From NCBI GenBank assembly GCA_965263355.1, contig CBDHHL010000056.1, forward strand, positions 1,696,001 through 1,760,000: DNA of 64,000 nt, written 5' to 3'. The stretch comes from Leptolyngbyaceae cyanobacterium. GTDB lineage: Bacteria > Cyanobacteriota > Cyanobacteriia > Phormidesmidales > Phormidesmidaceae. Within the stretch, counting starts at the first letter, position 1. Each line of letters starts with the position of its first letter. Of this stretch, positions 39,644 through 55,241 are shown piece by piece. Under the pieces are notes generated by a model that had not been told where the DNA came from, did not search any database, and saw only the letters and a list, made by a program, of their open reading frames with translations. The translations under genes were made by a program, and so were the position numbers.

Positions 39644-39892
39644 TTAGTATTTATTGCTGCAGGGGGATGGGGGCAAATTACTTGCAGTTATGGTCTGTAG
39701 GTGCAACAGCAAGGCATCTGCCTCAGCCTGTAGATGTAAAATCTCCACCTGGATATCTGGCTGATACGGGTAGGACTTAAGCTCAGCCCAGTAGATCTTT
39801 TTATTGTTGGATGCTGGTTGAGTCTGATAATTAGAGGCGTTAACGCTCTGTACAGACTCAGAAATTGTCCCGGTTTTAGAAAAAGTTTTCAT
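39644..39892 (-). CDS. Small hypothetical protein
   Basis: ATG ORF co-oriented with neighbours; helical segment LHLQAEADALLLHLQ. Confidence 0.65.
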   Translation of the reverse strand: MKTFSKTGTISESVQSVNASNYQTQPASNNKKIYWAELKSYPYQPDIQVEILHLQAEADALLLHLQTITASNLPPSPCSNKY

Positions 39893-40583
39893 AATTGTGT
39901 CGCTAGTAATAACTACTCAGCGAAGTAGCATCGGAATTCTAACTCAAAATCTCCCATCGGAACTAAATCAAAAGATACCAATATTTAATCTGTCTCTTGC
40001 TCTTTTCTATCACTGATGTATTTGATATCCCATTGTGCCTTCAGATAATGTACCAAAATCCCTTTTCGAAAAGGCTTTAGACATTCTGATGCACGCTTAT
40101 CCACACCTATAGGCAAATGTCTACGCCCCACAAAACATCACATCTATGTAGGTTTTAGTGTGGCTTGTTTAACTGTCCACTGGTGCCCCTTGCCAATTGC
40201 TAGCAATTCATGGGCGTGACTTTTAACGCCAATAACCCATTAAGCAATCTAATCAATAAGCGCGCGTCCATAAGCCAAATCGTCAGTCTAACGCAAGCCC
40301 TAATCAACTTCAAAGTGAACCAGCACTCAGTAATATTCCTGAGCCTACGACTACGGCTGCAATGTTCGGCATAAGGGGTACTTAGTTTAATCACCCCCCA
40401 TCGTCAGCTTGCTTAACAATATAAAATTCGACTTGAGCCAATGTGTTGCCACCTGAGGAACATCAAAATCTCAGCAGACACGAAATCCTAAGTCGCAAAA
40501 CGCAATCAAGAACAAGTTAAAGTAACTATCCCAGCACTTACCCTACTGTAGTGAGACAGATGCTGGGAAAAACTTTGTTTGGT

Positions 40584-40883
40584 CTATGAATCAGACAAAT
40601 TGTCAGAGTCACCACCCAAGCTCTTAAGGCTATTGGTAATATTCTTCATCAGCTTTTCCAGTGATTCTTTGAGTTCATGCCAGGCGTCTTCAGCTGCATC
40701 TGCGATCCCCTTGAGACTGACATGGGCCTCATCTAGATATTTTTCCAGGTTTTCGATCTCTTCGTGCTGGGCGGCTAATAACACTTCTTCCTTTTCAGTT
40801 TTGAGGGTATCAAGTTGCTCTTTTACAGCCGCAATTTGACGCTCTAACTGTTGAACATACTCAAGTTGTGTACTCATTGCCAA
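40584..40883 (-). CDS. Small coiled-coil hypothetical protein
   Basis: Charged heptads; AAGGAG RBS upstream. Confidence 0.75.
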   Translation of the reverse strand: MAMSTQLEYVQQLERQIAAVKEQLDTLKTEKEEVLLAAQHEEIENLEKYLDEAHVSLKGIADAAEDAWHELKESLEKLMKNITNSLKSLGGDSDNLSDS

Positions 40884-40984
40884 AATCTCCTTGCAAAATA
40901 GGAATAAAGCAAACAGTAGATTGTCAAGCTTAGGTATAGGAGTAGAATGGGCGAGTATTGATAAAACCTAGGCCTGACGCTGTT

Positions 40985-42130
40985 CTAGGAAAGTGCCGTA
41001 ATGCCTAGTAAAATGCCAGGAACTACAAAAAACACTGAGATAATGTAAACAAATGCCAGATACTTGCGTTCAGACGCAACCTGAGCAAGGGTTTGAGCAC
41101 CCATAATCGGTAGCTTGCACAGGAAAGGAATGCCATAAATCACAATTACGCCTAAAACGTTGTAGAGCATATGCACCATGGCAATTTCCAAGGCAGGCAC
41201 GGCTTCAGCACCTGAGACAGCGGTAGCAGCTAACAATGCTGTAATGCAGGTACCGATATTAGCGCCTAGGGTAAAGGGATAAATCTGAGCTAAACCAAAG
41301 ACGCCAGCACCTGCCAATGGCACCATCAAACTAGTCGTTGTTGAGGACGACTGAACCAGGATAGTGATCAGCGTGCCAGCGACAATGCCAGCGATGGGAC
41401 CACGGCCAATAGCAACGTGTAAAATATCCTTAGCTTTACCCACCATTAGGGATTTAAGCAGCTTGCCAATAAACGCGATGGTCAAAAAGATCAGACCAAT
41501 GCCTAGCAAAATCAGTAAGATGCCATCAAAAGGTGCAGGCAACACATGAGTAATGTTCTTGAAGATGGTTACCAACGGCTTAGTGGCTGACTTCACAACA
41601 TTGAAGTCTTTGATGCTCACGGAGCCACCACCAACCATGGCATTAGCAATGACTAACCCCATCCTCTCCAAAGGATGAAACAGGATTTCTAGAGGCAAGA
41701 AGATAACAACGCTGAGTAAGTTAAAGAAGTCATGGATGGTCGCTGCCGCAAATGCCTTCTTAAACTCATTCTTATCGCCTACGTGCCCGAGGCTTACCAA
41801 AGTATTAGTGATTGTTGTACCAATGTTGGCCCCCATCACCATAGGAACAGCTGTGGCTACTGGTAAGCCACCAGCTACTAAACCCACAATGATCGAGGTG
41901 ACCGTACTGGATGACTGAATTAGCGCAGTGGCCACTGTGCCAACAATCAATCCCAAAAATGGATTGGTGGCAAACGCAAAGAGTTCTTTAGCTTGATCAC
42001 CTGTGGCTGATTTAAATCCTGCCCCAATCATGCCGACGGCAACAATAAGCAGATAAACCAATAAGACAACGCTAAGCCACTGTATAACTGAATTTTTTTG
42101 AGATTGGCTCTGTTCTGAAACTTGACTCAC
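40985..42130 (-). CDS. nptA: Na+/phosphate symporter (NptA/SLC34 family)
   Basis: Duplicated QSSS and GANIGT motifs. Confidence 0.9.
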   Translation of the reverse strand: MSQVSEQSQSQKNSVIQWLSVVLLVYLLIVAVGMIGAGFKSATGDQAKELFAFATNPFLGLIVGTVATALIQSSSTVTSIIVGLVAGGLPVATAVPMVMGANIGTTITNTLVSLGHVGDKNEFKKAFAAATIHDFFNLLSVVIFLPLEILFHPLERMGLVIANAMVGGGSVSIKDFNVVKSATKPLVTIFKNITHVLPAPFDGILLILLGIGLIFLTIAFIGKLLKSLMVGKAKDILHVAIGRGPIAGIVAGTLITILVQSSSTTTSLMVPLAGAGVFGLAQIYPFTLGANIGTCITALLAATAVSGAEAVPALEIAMVHMLYNVLGVIVIYGIPFLCKLPIMGAQTLAQVASERKYLAFVYIISVFFVVPGILLGITALS

Positions 42131-42369
42131 TAATCCGTCCCTCCATATTCAAAAATGAGAGGTTGGTAACCTTGATTACATCGGTTGTGTATGGCAAACC
42201 AGATAAACCGTCATTGACCTACAGCTGTTTCAAAGCGTTTTGTACAGTCAAATTTCAAGGGGTTGATGTTGATAACCTGGCCACCGCCCACAGATGTGTT
42301 CTAGGTCAAAACCCGTAGATACCGAGTAGCAGATATACATTCGGCCTCCATAGGAAAAATAAGAAAATA

Positions 42370-42410
42370 TAGTAAATATTCAGTTGACAACTGATTAACC
42401 TTTGTTTAAG
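42370..42410 (-). promoter_or_regulatory. Putative Pho box upstream of the Na/Pi symporter
   Basis: Minus strand reads CTTAAACA-AAG-GTTAATCA-GTT-GTCAACTG-AAT-ATTTACTA (11-bp period). Confidence 0.4.
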
Positions 42411-42420
42411 GAGTAAGCAG

Positions 42421-42891
42421 TTATTCTGGGGGTTCAGTTGCTTTAGAACTGTCAGAATCTTGATCTTTGGCTAATAAATCAATGGTGTCACCTAATGCCG
42501 TGGTAAGGCTTTGACGAGTTTCACCATGGGCTGCCTGCTCTGCCTTGAGGGCATTGGACAGCTGATCGCATAGGGTAAGTGCCTGGATAAGCTGCGATCG
42601 CAACTCATCCATTGATTCCACCTGATTAACCTTGGCTAACCTCTGGTCTAGTTCACGAGAGACTTCACCATCAACCGGTGCCTGCTTGAATACGTCCAGT
42701 TCATTCGCCAATGCCCGAATCCGCATTTGGCTGCGCTCCGCATCATTACGCCGCTGTTCAGACTCCGACTCATACAATCTGCGCCAGTTTGCAGCGCTGG
42801 CATAAGCCTGATCACGTTCCTGACCTAAAACCTCGAGCTGCTGCTGTAACGTTTGAATCTCCGCTAGCCACTGAGATACTTCGTTGACCAT
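42421..42891 (-). CDS. Coiled-coil hypothetical protein
   Basis: Heptad-rich 156-aa ORF (AANWRRLYESE...LTTALGDTIDLL). Confidence 0.8.
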   Translation of the reverse strand: MVNEVSQWLAEIQTLQQQLEVLGQERDQAYASAANWRRLYESESEQRRNDAERSQMRIRALANELDVFKQAPVDGEVSRELDQRLAKVNQVESMDELRSQLIQALTLCDQLSNALKAEQAAHGETRQSLTTALGDTIDLLAKDQDSDSSKATEPPE

Positions 42892-42985
42892 GGGCGTTGT
42901 CTACAACGGTTGATTAACGTAAGGATATAGCCTTTTTCCCGAAAATGTACAGATGTTCCATAAATATAGACAACGACCAAAAAAC

Positions 42986-43012
42986 AAAAAAAAGGCAGTG
43001 CAATGCACTGCC
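42986..43012 (-). terminator. Intrinsic terminator of the atp operon
   Basis: GGCAGTGCA-A-TGCACTGCC with an A8 tract (U8 on the - strand). Confidence 0.8.
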
Positions 43013-43054
43013 AAGACATATGGGGTTAAAACTTAGAGCAACTCAACTGGCAGC

Positions 43055-43999
43055 TTATCCGAGGGCAGCTGCCCCCCCTACCACCTCAAGAATCTCCTGA
43101 GTAATAGCAGCCTGACGCGCTTTGTTATAGTCAAGAGTCAAGGTTTTTACCAACTCACTAGCATTATCGCTAGCGTTATTCATCGCCGTCATCCGCGCCG
43201 CCAATTCACTGGCTGCAGAGTCCTGCAACGCTCGTAGGAGCTGATTATTCAAATACAGCGGCAACAATGCATCCAAGATTTGCACCGGATCTTGTTCAAA
43301 AATCATATCTTGGGGCAGCTGTACCTGTTCAGTTTGAACCGCTTCACGCTCTACCTGAAACTGTCCACCACGGGTCGTGAGGCGGAACATCTCATCTTCC
43401 TTATCCAACCCCTCAGGATCCAGAGGTAAGAGCGTTTGAGTGACTGGGCGAGAACTCACTAAGGATACAAACTTGGTATAGACTAGCTCAACCTTATCGA
43501 CTTCCTCAGACAAAAATAAAGAAAGTGCCTGATCAGCGATCTTGGAGGCTTCTTCCGATGTAGGAATTTGCTCTAAACCAATAAAGGTGGAATCGATAGG
43601 ATAGTCGCGTCTCTGAAAATATTGAGTCGCTTTACGGCCAATCAGAATCATCTGATAGCCAATCCCGGAAGCTTTGAGTTCCTTAGCACGATTCTCAGCA
43701 CGACGAATAATGTTGCTGTTATAGCCACCACACAGACCACGGTCTGCAGAAATAACAACCAAGCCAACATTTTTGACTTCGCGCTGCTGCAGCAGAGGCA
43801 GATTTGCATCCTCAAACTTCAAGCGAGTTTGAAGGCCGTAAAATACCTGAGCTAAGCGATCAGCAAAGGGACGAGTAGCTTCTACCTGCTCCTGGGCTCG
43901 GCGTACTTTGGCTGCTGCCACAAGACGCATTGCTTCGGTAATTTTACGGGTATTTTTGACCGACTTAATCCGGTCACGAATTGTTTTGAGATTAGGCAT
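43055..43999 (-). CDS. atpG: ATP synthase F1 gamma subunit (cyanobacterial atpC)
   Basis: [37 protein letters not shown]. Confidence 0.97.
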   Translation of the reverse strand: MPNLKTIRDRIKSVKNTRKITEAMRLVAAAKVRRAQEQVEATRPFADRLAQVFYGLQTRLKFEDANLPLLQQREVKNVGLVVISADRGLCGGYNSNIIRRAENRAKELKASGIGYQMILIGRKATQYFQRRDYPIDSTFIGLEQIPTSEEASKIADQALSLFLSEEVDKVELVYTKFVSLVSSRPVTQTLLPLDPEGLDKEDEMFRLTTRGGQFQVEREAVQTEQVQLPQDMIFEQDPVQILDALLPLYLNNQLLRALQDSAASELAARMTAMNNASDNASELVKTLTLDYNKARQAAITQEILEVVGGAAALG

Positions 44000-44062
44000 A
44001 TGCGTTGTCTTTAGTCTGCCCTAAGTCAACAATTGCTGACTCAGGGCAAGACCAACCTCCTC

Positions 44063-45595
<1,533 letters not shown>

Positions 45596-45719
45596 TCAGA
45601 TATCAACAAAAAATCACCTAAACACCGCTCGACTAACAATTGATGCCGAAACAAGCCATCTCAATTAGCACGAACTCTAATCATCGGGTAGACGCTGAAG
45701 CACTCTAACCCTAAACACC

Positions 45720-46283
45720 CTAGCGAGAAGAAGCACTGCTCAACTGAAGGCTTATACGCCGCAGCTGTCCCCTCAGACTGGCATCCACCACCTGGGAACC
45801 AACTTTGATAATTACACCACCCAACAGCTCTGAATCTAGAACTGTCTTCAGCTCAACAGAACGAGCGCCGGTCATTGTAATCACTTTTTGGCGAATTGAA
45901 TCCTTTTGAGAGTCAGAGAGTTCAACCGCAGATGTAACCTCAGCCAAAACAGTCTGATTGAGTTCCCGTACTAGCTCCTGATATCGCTCACAAATATTAC
46001 CTAAAAATGGAATGCGTCCTCGGTCAACTAGCAACAGAACAAAGTTCAACATTGTTGGATGCAGCTGAGCAGATACAAGCCGGCGCAAAACATTCTTCTT
46101 GATATCAGCATTGATAATCGGGTTCTCAAGTAGCTGACTCAGATCAGAAGATATCAATAACAGCTCAGTCAACGCAGACGCATCTTGACTAAAGCGCTCC
46201 ACCAAATTGCCATCCTGAGCAATAGACAATAATGCCTGAGCATAAGGAGCAACCAAGCCTTCAATGACTACACTATCCTTCAC
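45720..46283 (-). CDS. atpH: ATP synthase F1 delta subunit (cyanobacterial atpD)
   Basis: PYAQAL, AEVTSAVEL, LLGGVIIKVGSQVVDAS; operon position. Confidence 0.95.
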   Translation of the reverse strand: MKDSVVIEGLVAPYAQALLSIAQDGNLVERFSQDASALTELLLISSDLSQLLENPIINADIKKNVLRRLVSAQLHPTMLNFVLLLVDRGRIPFLGNICERYQELVRELNQTVLAEVTSAVELSDSQKDSIRQKVITMTGARSVELKTVLDSELLGGVIIKVGSQVVDASLRGQLRRISLQLSSASSR

Positions 46284-46816
46284 AAGCTACCTCCCAACAG
46301 ACCAATACTTTGATCGATTAGCTTCTGCTGAAGCCCTGCATCTACCTGGGAGCGTAATTGCGACTCCACCTTCTCGACAGCGAGAGCAGATATCCGCTGG
46401 CGCAATTCCAGCACTACGCGATCTCTTTGAGAAGAAAGGTCTCGAGCAGCTTCATCTTTCATCCGCTGAACATCCTTGGCTGCCTGAGCTAAGATGTTAT
46501 CTTTGGCTACTTTCGCAGCTGCCTCACCATCAGATTTAATCTGAGCAGCTGTAGCCTGGGCCTCGGCCAAATTCCTCTGCTGTTCAGCCAGCGCCTTAGA
46601 CGCTTCCTTCAGACGTTTCTCAGCGTCTTGAATAGAAGCCTCAATATTTGAGCGACGCTCAGCCATAACGGCACCAAGAAAGCCTCGCCCGAAGTAGACA
46701 ATTAGAGCAATCAGAATAGAAAGATTAACAAGATTGGTTTCTAAAATATTGAAATTTAAACCAAACCCACCTTCTTCTGTTGCCAGTAGCCAAAAATTTT
46801 CAACCATAGCAATCAC
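46280..46816 (-). CDS. atpF: ATP synthase F0 subunit b
   Basis: GFGLNFNILETNLVNL plus coiled coil. Confidence 0.95.
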   Translation of the reverse strand: MIAMVENFWLLATEEGGFGLNFNILETNLVNLSILIALIVYFGRGFLGAVMAERRSNIEASIQDAEKRLKEASKALAEQQRNLAEAQATAAQIKSDGEAAAKVAKDNILAQAAKDVQRMKDEAARDLSSQRDRVVLELRQRISALAVEKVESQLRSQVDAGLQQKLIDQSIGLLGGSL

Positions 46817-46888
46817 TGCGTGCCAATAATCCCTCTAGTAAATTTAGCTTCTCAAATTCAAACAAGTCGGAAGCCCAAAACAGTTAGC

Positions 46889-47317
46889 CTAAGCAGCTGG
46901 AGCACCCAGAAGCTTACCTAAAATCTGTTGACTCAAAGCATCCACTTGACCTTCAAGCGTCTGAAAAGCTTCCTGCTTTTGTTGATCAAGCTCATTTTGA
47001 ACCTGCTCACGTTGCTGCTGGGCCTCTGCTTGAGCCTGGGCAATTTGTTTGTCAACAGTGGCGTTCGCATCAGCCTGAGCTTGGGCGATCAACTGTTGGG
47101 CTTGTCTCCGGCTATCAGCCAACTCTTGTTCATACTGCTTGGCAAGCTTTTCAGCCTCCTTCAAATACTCTGCAGCAGAAGATTTGCTAGTCCGGATGTA
47201 GCCATCACGTTCGTCAATAGTCTCTGAAATAGGTTTGAAGAAAACCTTATTTAGAAGATACGTCAACAAAACAAACTGCAACGCCATTACAGGCAATGTT
47301 GCATCAAAATCAAACAT
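46889..47317 (-). CDS. atpF2: ATP synthase F0 subunit b' (cyanobacterial atpG)
   Basis: MFDFDATLPVMALQF. Confidence 0.95.
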   Translation of the reverse strand: MFDFDATLPVMALQFVLLTYLLNKVFFKPISETIDERDGYIRTSKSSAAEYLKEAEKLAKQYEQELADSRRQAQQLIAQAQADANATVDKQIAQAQAEAQQQREQVQNELDQQKQEAFQTLEGQVDALSQQILGKLLGAPAA

Positions 47318-47495
47318 TTTTCGTTTTCCCTAAACCTGAGACCCCATCAACATGGAAGAAAGTTGAAGAAAAAAGTAACTATCGGCTCAACTCAGGTGTC
47401 ATCCAACACAATGTAGTTATCAGGGCGTTAACTGAAAAGGACTCAATTCCCATAAGGGTCGCGAACACAGATAACGCCCCTAAAGCCAACCTTCC

Positions 47496-47786
<291 letters not shown>

Positions 47787-47842
47787 TCAGTAAAAGCAGG
47801 TAACAATTACCTTGCAGCTTAGAAGCACTCTAGCGATAGGAG

Positions 47843-48598
47843 CTAGGCATGCTCCTCGTGACCTTCGTCACCATGCCCTTCCAATGCCTCATGAATGTAG
47901 GCTGCTGCCAACGTAGCAAACACCAATGCTTGAATAGCGCTAGTAAACAGACCCAACATCATTACGGGTAAGGGAACAAACAAAGGGACCAACAGCACCA
48001 AAACGGCAACTACGAGTTCATCGGCCAAGATATTTCCAAAGAGACGGAAGCTCAGGGAAAGTGGCTTGGTAAAGTCTTCAAGAATTGCGATTGGCAACAA
48101 AATTGGAGTTGGCTCAATATATTTCGCGAAATATCCTAAACCCCGCTTCTTAAATCCTGCATAAAAATATGCTAAGGACGTTAACAAAGCTAAGGCAACC
48201 GTTGTGTTGATATCACCGGTAGGCGCAGCAAGCTCACCTTCAGGAATTTCAATCACATGCCAAGGGAGAAGAGCCCCCGACCAATTAGACACAAAGATAA
48301 ACAAGAACAATGTGCCGATAAACGGTAGCCAAGGACGATATTCTTTTTCGCCAAGCTGATTCTTAGCAATGTCTCTGACGAACTCAAAGACATACTCCAT
48401 AAGGTTTTGCAACCCTTGGGGCACCCTCTGCATATTTCGAGTTGCCAGAACAGATGTTATTAAAAGCAGTCCAATCACAAACCAAGAGGTCAAAAAGACC
48501 TGACCGTGGAGTTTAAGTCCTCCCAGGTTCCAATAGAAGTGATGACCTACCTCTAACTCAGCTAATGGCAACACATTAAAGTGCAGCAAACTTAGCAT
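47843..48598 (-). CDS. atpB: ATP synthase F0 subunit a (cyanobacterial atpI)
   Basis: [32 protein letters not shown]. Confidence 0.97.
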   Translation of the reverse strand: MLSLLHFNVLPLAELEVGHHFYWNLGGLKLHGQVFLTSWFVIGLLLITSVLATRNMQRVPQGLQNLMEYVFEFVRDIAKNQLGEKEYRPWLPFIGTLFLFIFVSNWSGALLPWHVIEIPEGELAAPTGDINTTVALALLTSLAYFYAGFKKRGLGYFAKYIEPTPILLPIAILEDFTKPLSLSFRLFGNILADELVVAVLVLLVPLFVPLPVMMLGLFTSAIQALVFATLAAAYIHEALEGHGDEGHEEHA

Positions 48599-48682
48599 CT
48601 TAATTCAGGTTAGGTTGACCAAAAAGACAGCAGGTCAAATGATTAGCGGCTAATCTAGCCCAAGAAAAGCTACAAAAGCCTT

Positions 48683-49108
48683 TTAAGCCTTTGACAGCGC
48701 CTTGAACATGTATGCGATGAGGGCAGCCTTATAAGTGAGGAAACCTAAAAAAATTGGGACAATTTGCAGCTGATCCACTTGGGTAGCAACTACTATTAAG
48801 CCAATAAATAAAGCAAGCTGATTCTTGCCAACTTTAGATTTACTCCTGCCAAGCTGCTCAACGCTTCTAGCCAGCAATTTTAAGTAAACCACACCAGAAC
48901 AAGCTCCAATTATGTAATTAAGAGCTGTGTTCAAAGAGTAGGCCACCCAAACCGAAATGAATGCTAGCAACGAGAAACAAACTGTCCAAAAGAACAGCTC
49001 ACTTTGCAGCTGATAGTATTCTTCCATCGAAGAATGAGGCTCTGGGGAAATACCGCCTGTAGCCAACGTCTCGGAATCAACTTCCGTTACGCCATCATTT
49101 TCATCCAT
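48683..49108 (-). CDS. atp1: ATP synthase protein I (Atp1)
   Basis: SMEEYYQLQ..., FLGFLTYKAAL; first gene of the operon. Confidence 0.9.
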   Translation of the reverse strand: MDENDGVTEVDSETLATGGISPEPHSSMEEYYQLQSELFFWTVCFSLLAFISVWVAYSLNTALNYIIGACSGVVYLKLLARSVEQLGRSKSKVGKNQLALFIGLIVVATQVDQLQIVPIFLGFLTYKAALIAYMFKALSKA

Positions 49109-49388
49109 AGATTAAGTCTCTATGAGGTTTGTGTGGCAAGTTCACAGAAATCACTCAAACTAGCCTAGGCAGACCTACAACAGTGGCCGAAGCCCTTTGT
49201 GCAAGCCGAGGTCAATCATATCATTTAAAGCTAACAATACTTAATACAAATCCCTTGGGATTACCGCAGGCAAGCATTTTCTTGCCACCCAGAAATAAAA
49301 GATATTTCGATCAAGCATATTCAGCTTGACAATTTTGCTGAGCATGCTTGATCAAGGAATTATGGGCCATGGCTTCTGGCTATGTGCT

Positions 49389-50594
49389 CTAAAGTTCGTC
49401 TGGTGGGGTTAGCAAAATTAGCTGTTGAGCCTGTAATGAGCGAACTGCTGACAGATCTAAGGAGGTTTGTGCCAATATATCGGCCACAGTAGCCTGGTCT
49501 CCCCTTGCTTCACAGACCTGCAGAAATGAATATTCGCCATCACTGATCTGAATCAGTTGGTAATCGGCATTAAAAAAAGACTGGCTTGGCCAACCAGAAA
49601 GACAGGGTGTGAGTGTGGGATAGGCCGATAATAGTTGCTGATCATCGGACCAATCTATCCGAGGCAATGGAGGACGTGCCAGGAAAAACTCATAGTGGGT
49701 TAGTTCAGGGTCGAGGAGTTCAATTAATCGATATTGGGCTCGCTGATCTAGCGTCTGAGCCCGTGCCATTATTTCAGGTGCCTTGGCAATGAGGCGGTCT
49801 AGATTCCAATATTGGGGATTAGAGAACCCGACAAACTCCAGTCCTGAGGCATCAATCAGTTCAAACAGAGTATCAATGGTATAGTCCACTTCCTGGGGAT
49901 GGACATACATATCAGCAAAGCATTCGTCCTGATGATTTTCTAAGGCCCAGCGCTCTTTGTCTCGTTTGACGATGCGATTATTCTCAGGCAATGCATCAAA
50001 GAGCTGGCGACCAACCGATACACCATCGCGATAGTCTCCCCGCTTGTCTCCTTGCAGCATTGAAATCGCTGCTTGCATCAGGGAAATTTCCCATCGCCCC
50101 AGTGCAGCATAGACAAATATGTGGAGCAGCCCCCCCGGTGCAACTTTATGGGCTAACGCTTGGATACCCCTAATCGGATCGGGCATGTGGTGGAGCACAC
50201 CAACACAATTGATCAAATCAAAGTGCCCCTCGATCTGATCAACATCGTAGATGCTGAGATTGTGAAAGGTGACGCGATCAGCCCCTGAACGCTGGCAACG
50301 CTCACGGGCTACTTGCAAGGTGCCAGCACTCAAATCAATGCCAGTAACCTGGGCCTGGGGATTTAGGTGCACCAAATATTCAGTGCCGACCCCAGAACCA
50401 CACCCTGCATCTAAAATCTTTACCTGCTCTGTTTTAGGCAGCTGACCTGTACAAAAATTGTAGGCTGTTGGCCAATACCACCGCCAGTTATAGCCAGGCG
50501 GTGGCTCATCAATTAAGGGTTCCGGCGGAAATGGATAGGTATCGTACAGTTTAGCCACCGCTTTACTCACAGCAGCTTCATGGTCAGAAATCAT
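49389..50594 (-). CDS. Class I SAM-dependent methyltransferase
   Basis: ILDAGCGSG, GIDLS, FDLINCVGVLHH, FADMYVHPQE. Confidence 0.92.
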   Translation of the reverse strand: MISDHEAAVSKAVAKLYDTYPFPPEPLIDEPPPGYNWRWYWPTAYNFCTGQLPKTEQVKILDAGCGSGVGTEYLVHLNPQAQVTGIDLSAGTLQVARERCQRSGADRVTFHNLSIYDVDQIEGHFDLINCVGVLHHMPDPIRGIQALAHKVAPGGLLHIFVYAALGRWEISLMQAAISMLQGDKRGDYRDGVSVGRQLFDALPENNRIVKRDKERWALENHQDECFADMYVHPQEVDYTIDTLFELIDASGLEFVGFSNPQYWNLDRLIAKAPEIMARAQTLDQRAQYRLIELLDPELTHYEFFLARPPLPRIDWSDDQQLLSAYPTLTPCLSGWPSQSFFNADYQLIQISDGEYSFLQVCEARGDQATVADILAQTSLDLSAVRSLQAQQLILLTPPDEL

Positions 50595-50657
50595 ACTGAA
50601 ACTATAGTTTTGAGTGCTTGGTTTCGAGTTTTGAGTTGAGCCAACCCAATTGCCTAA

Positions 50658-50687
50658 CGTAGAAGCATTCTATGGAAAGCCTCTACG
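50658..50687. repeat. Degenerate GTAG REP-like palindrome
   Basis: CGTAGAAGCATTCTATGGAAAGCCTCTACG; four differences from the 28-nt core of the 29394 palindrome. Confidence 0.65.
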
Positions 50688-50989
50688 CAAAACTCAGGTC
50701 CCCTAAGCCTGGCATTTTTTGGCGGGCTCTTCGTAAACACAGGTAACAAAACTTATCTTTCTTCTCATTCACTTGACCACCGTCTTTTATGATGACTCAG
50801 TGGGCTAATAACAAGATGTTAAACAGTCTTTAGAAGACCATCTTGGGTTCCGTAATCGTTTTAATCTGGAACTATCACAAGAGCCGATCGGCCCATCGCG
50901 CTGCCTGCTGGTTTTAACCATTGCTCTAGGTCTTTTCGAAGCCTGAGCTACTCGGCGCTGAGGGAAGGGTCTGATGCAATCACATAAGC

Positions 50990-51046
50990 CATGTCCAAGT
51001 TAAAACCTGTGGCTTTCTTGACGGAAAATCCCACGTTCTGGACGTG
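50990..51046 (+). repeat. Dispersed 57-bp hairpin element, copy 4 (apcE leader)
   Basis: CATGTCCAAGTTAAAACCTGTGG...CCACGTTCTGGACGTG, then GCCAAGGTTTAATT. Confidence 0.75.
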
Positions 51047-51089
51047 GCCAAGGTTTAATTGCAATCAACTATTAGAAGGGAGCCTTTGA

Positions 51090-53792
<2,703 letters not shown>

Positions 53793-53827
53793 TGTCTAAT
53801 TGTTCCACTGTCTAAAAATCAGCTAAT

Positions 53828-53872
53828 ACCTAGCAGCAACAAAGCCAGTTAAATGTCTTGTTGCTGCTAGGT
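53828..53872 (+). terminator. Stem-loop after apcE
   Basis: ACCTAGCAGCAACAA / TTGTTGCTGCTAGGT, 15-bp inverted repeat followed by T-rich sequence. Confidence 0.65.
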
Positions 53873-53929
53873 TGGTTGTTTTGAAAATCACTTGAAAACA
53901 TCTGCGACACAGCGATTCTGAGGGGCACT

Positions 53930-53947
53930 ATTACAAAATATTACGCA
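53930..53947 (+). promoter_or_regulatory. HLR1-like (RpaB) site upstream of apcA
   Basis: ATTACAAA-AT-ATTACGCA. Confidence 0.45.
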
Positions 53948-54209
53948 CTCTCTAAGAAGGTTAGCTGAATGCCGGAGAATATTTTCGGAAGGTAGCTAAG
54001 CTGATAAAAGATTTCTCGAAATCTGAGCTGATATTTGGCATGCTTCAATAATTGAATTAAGCGTTGTATCGGCGCAATGGTTGCCCGCTTGATTTGATTT
54101 AGAGTGAAAATCAGACTGCTGTAACCTTGCTTTTTAGAGGTCATATCAGTCTTTTTAAGGTGAGCCCTAACAGGTTCACTTGGATATGTTCTTTCGGAGG
54201 AATCCATAG

Positions 54210-54695
54210 ATGAGTATTGTCACGAAATCTATCGTGAATGCCGATGCTGAGGCCCGTTACCTCAGCCCTGGTGAATTGGATCGGATCAAGGGTTTCGTTA
54301 CCTCTGGTGAGCGTCGTCTACGCATTGCTCAAGTCCTAACTGAGTCCCGCGAGCGTATCATCAAGCAAGCTGGTGATCAGCTATTTCAAAAGCGTCCTGA
54401 CGTTGTTTCTCCTGGTGGTAACGCCTACGGTGAAGAAATGACCGCAACTTGCTTGCGCGACATGGACTACTACCTGCGTCTCGTCACCTACGGTATTGTT
54501 GCTGGTGATGTGGCTCCTATCGAGGAGATTGGCTTGGTGGGTGCTAAGGAGATGTATAACTCTCTAGGTACCTCCATTCCTGCCGTAGCTGATTCAGTTC
54601 GCTTTATGAAGGGCGTCGCATCTTCTTTATTGTCTGGTGACGATGCAGCTGAGGCCGCCTCTTACTTTGACTACGTTGTTGGCGGATTGCTGTAG
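54210..54695 (+). CDS. apcA: Allophycocyanin alpha subunit
   Basis: [27 protein letters not shown]...TATCLRD. Confidence 0.98.
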   Translation: MSIVTKSIVNADAEARYLSPGELDRIKGFVTSGERRLRIAQVLTESRERIIKQAGDQLFQKRPDVVSPGGNAYGEEMTATCLRDMDYYLRLVTYGIVAGDVAPIEEIGLVGAKEMYNSLGTSIPAVADSVRFMKGVASSLLSGDDAAEAASYFDYVVGGLL

Positions 54696-54755
54696 ATCTG
54701 CATTGAGTTAACTTTTTGAACCACGTCATCAAATTTCATTAAGGAATACAGATTC

Positions 54756-55241
54756 ATGCAAGACGCGATTACTTCTGTAATTAATTCTTCAGACGTTCAG
54801 GGTAAGTACCTTGATCAGTCTTCCATGGATAAGCTAGCTGCTTATTTCCAAACTGGTGAGCTTCGTGTTCGCGCTGCCACTGCTATTGGTGCTAACGCTT
54901 CTGAAATCGTTCGTGATGCTGTTGCCAAGGCACTACTTTACTCCGATATCACTCGTCCTGGTGGAAACATGTACACCACTCGTCGCTATGCTGCTTGCAT
55001 TCGCGACCTGGACTACTACCTACGCTATTCCACCTACGCTATGTTAGCGGGTGATCCTTCTATCCTTGACGAGCGTGTACTCAACGGTCTGAAAGAAACT
55101 TATAACTCTCTAGGTGTACCTGTAGGTGCGACTGTTCAAGCAATTCAGGCAATGAAAGAAGTAACTGCTGGCCTAGTTGGTACTGATGCTGGCAAGGAAA
55201 TGGGCGTTTACTTTGACTACATTTGCTCCGGCCTAAGCTAA
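54756..55241 (+). CDS. apcB: Allophycocyanin beta subunit
   Basis: [20 protein letters not shown]...[14 protein letters not shown]. Confidence 0.98.
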   Translation: MQDAITSVINSSDVQGKYLDQSSMDKLAAYFQTGELRVRAATAIGANASEIVRDAVAKALLYSDITRPGGNMYTTRRYAACIRDLDYYLRYSTYAMLAGDPSILDERVLNGLKETYNSLGVPVGATVQAIQAMKEVTAGLVGTDAGKEMGVYFDYICSGLS

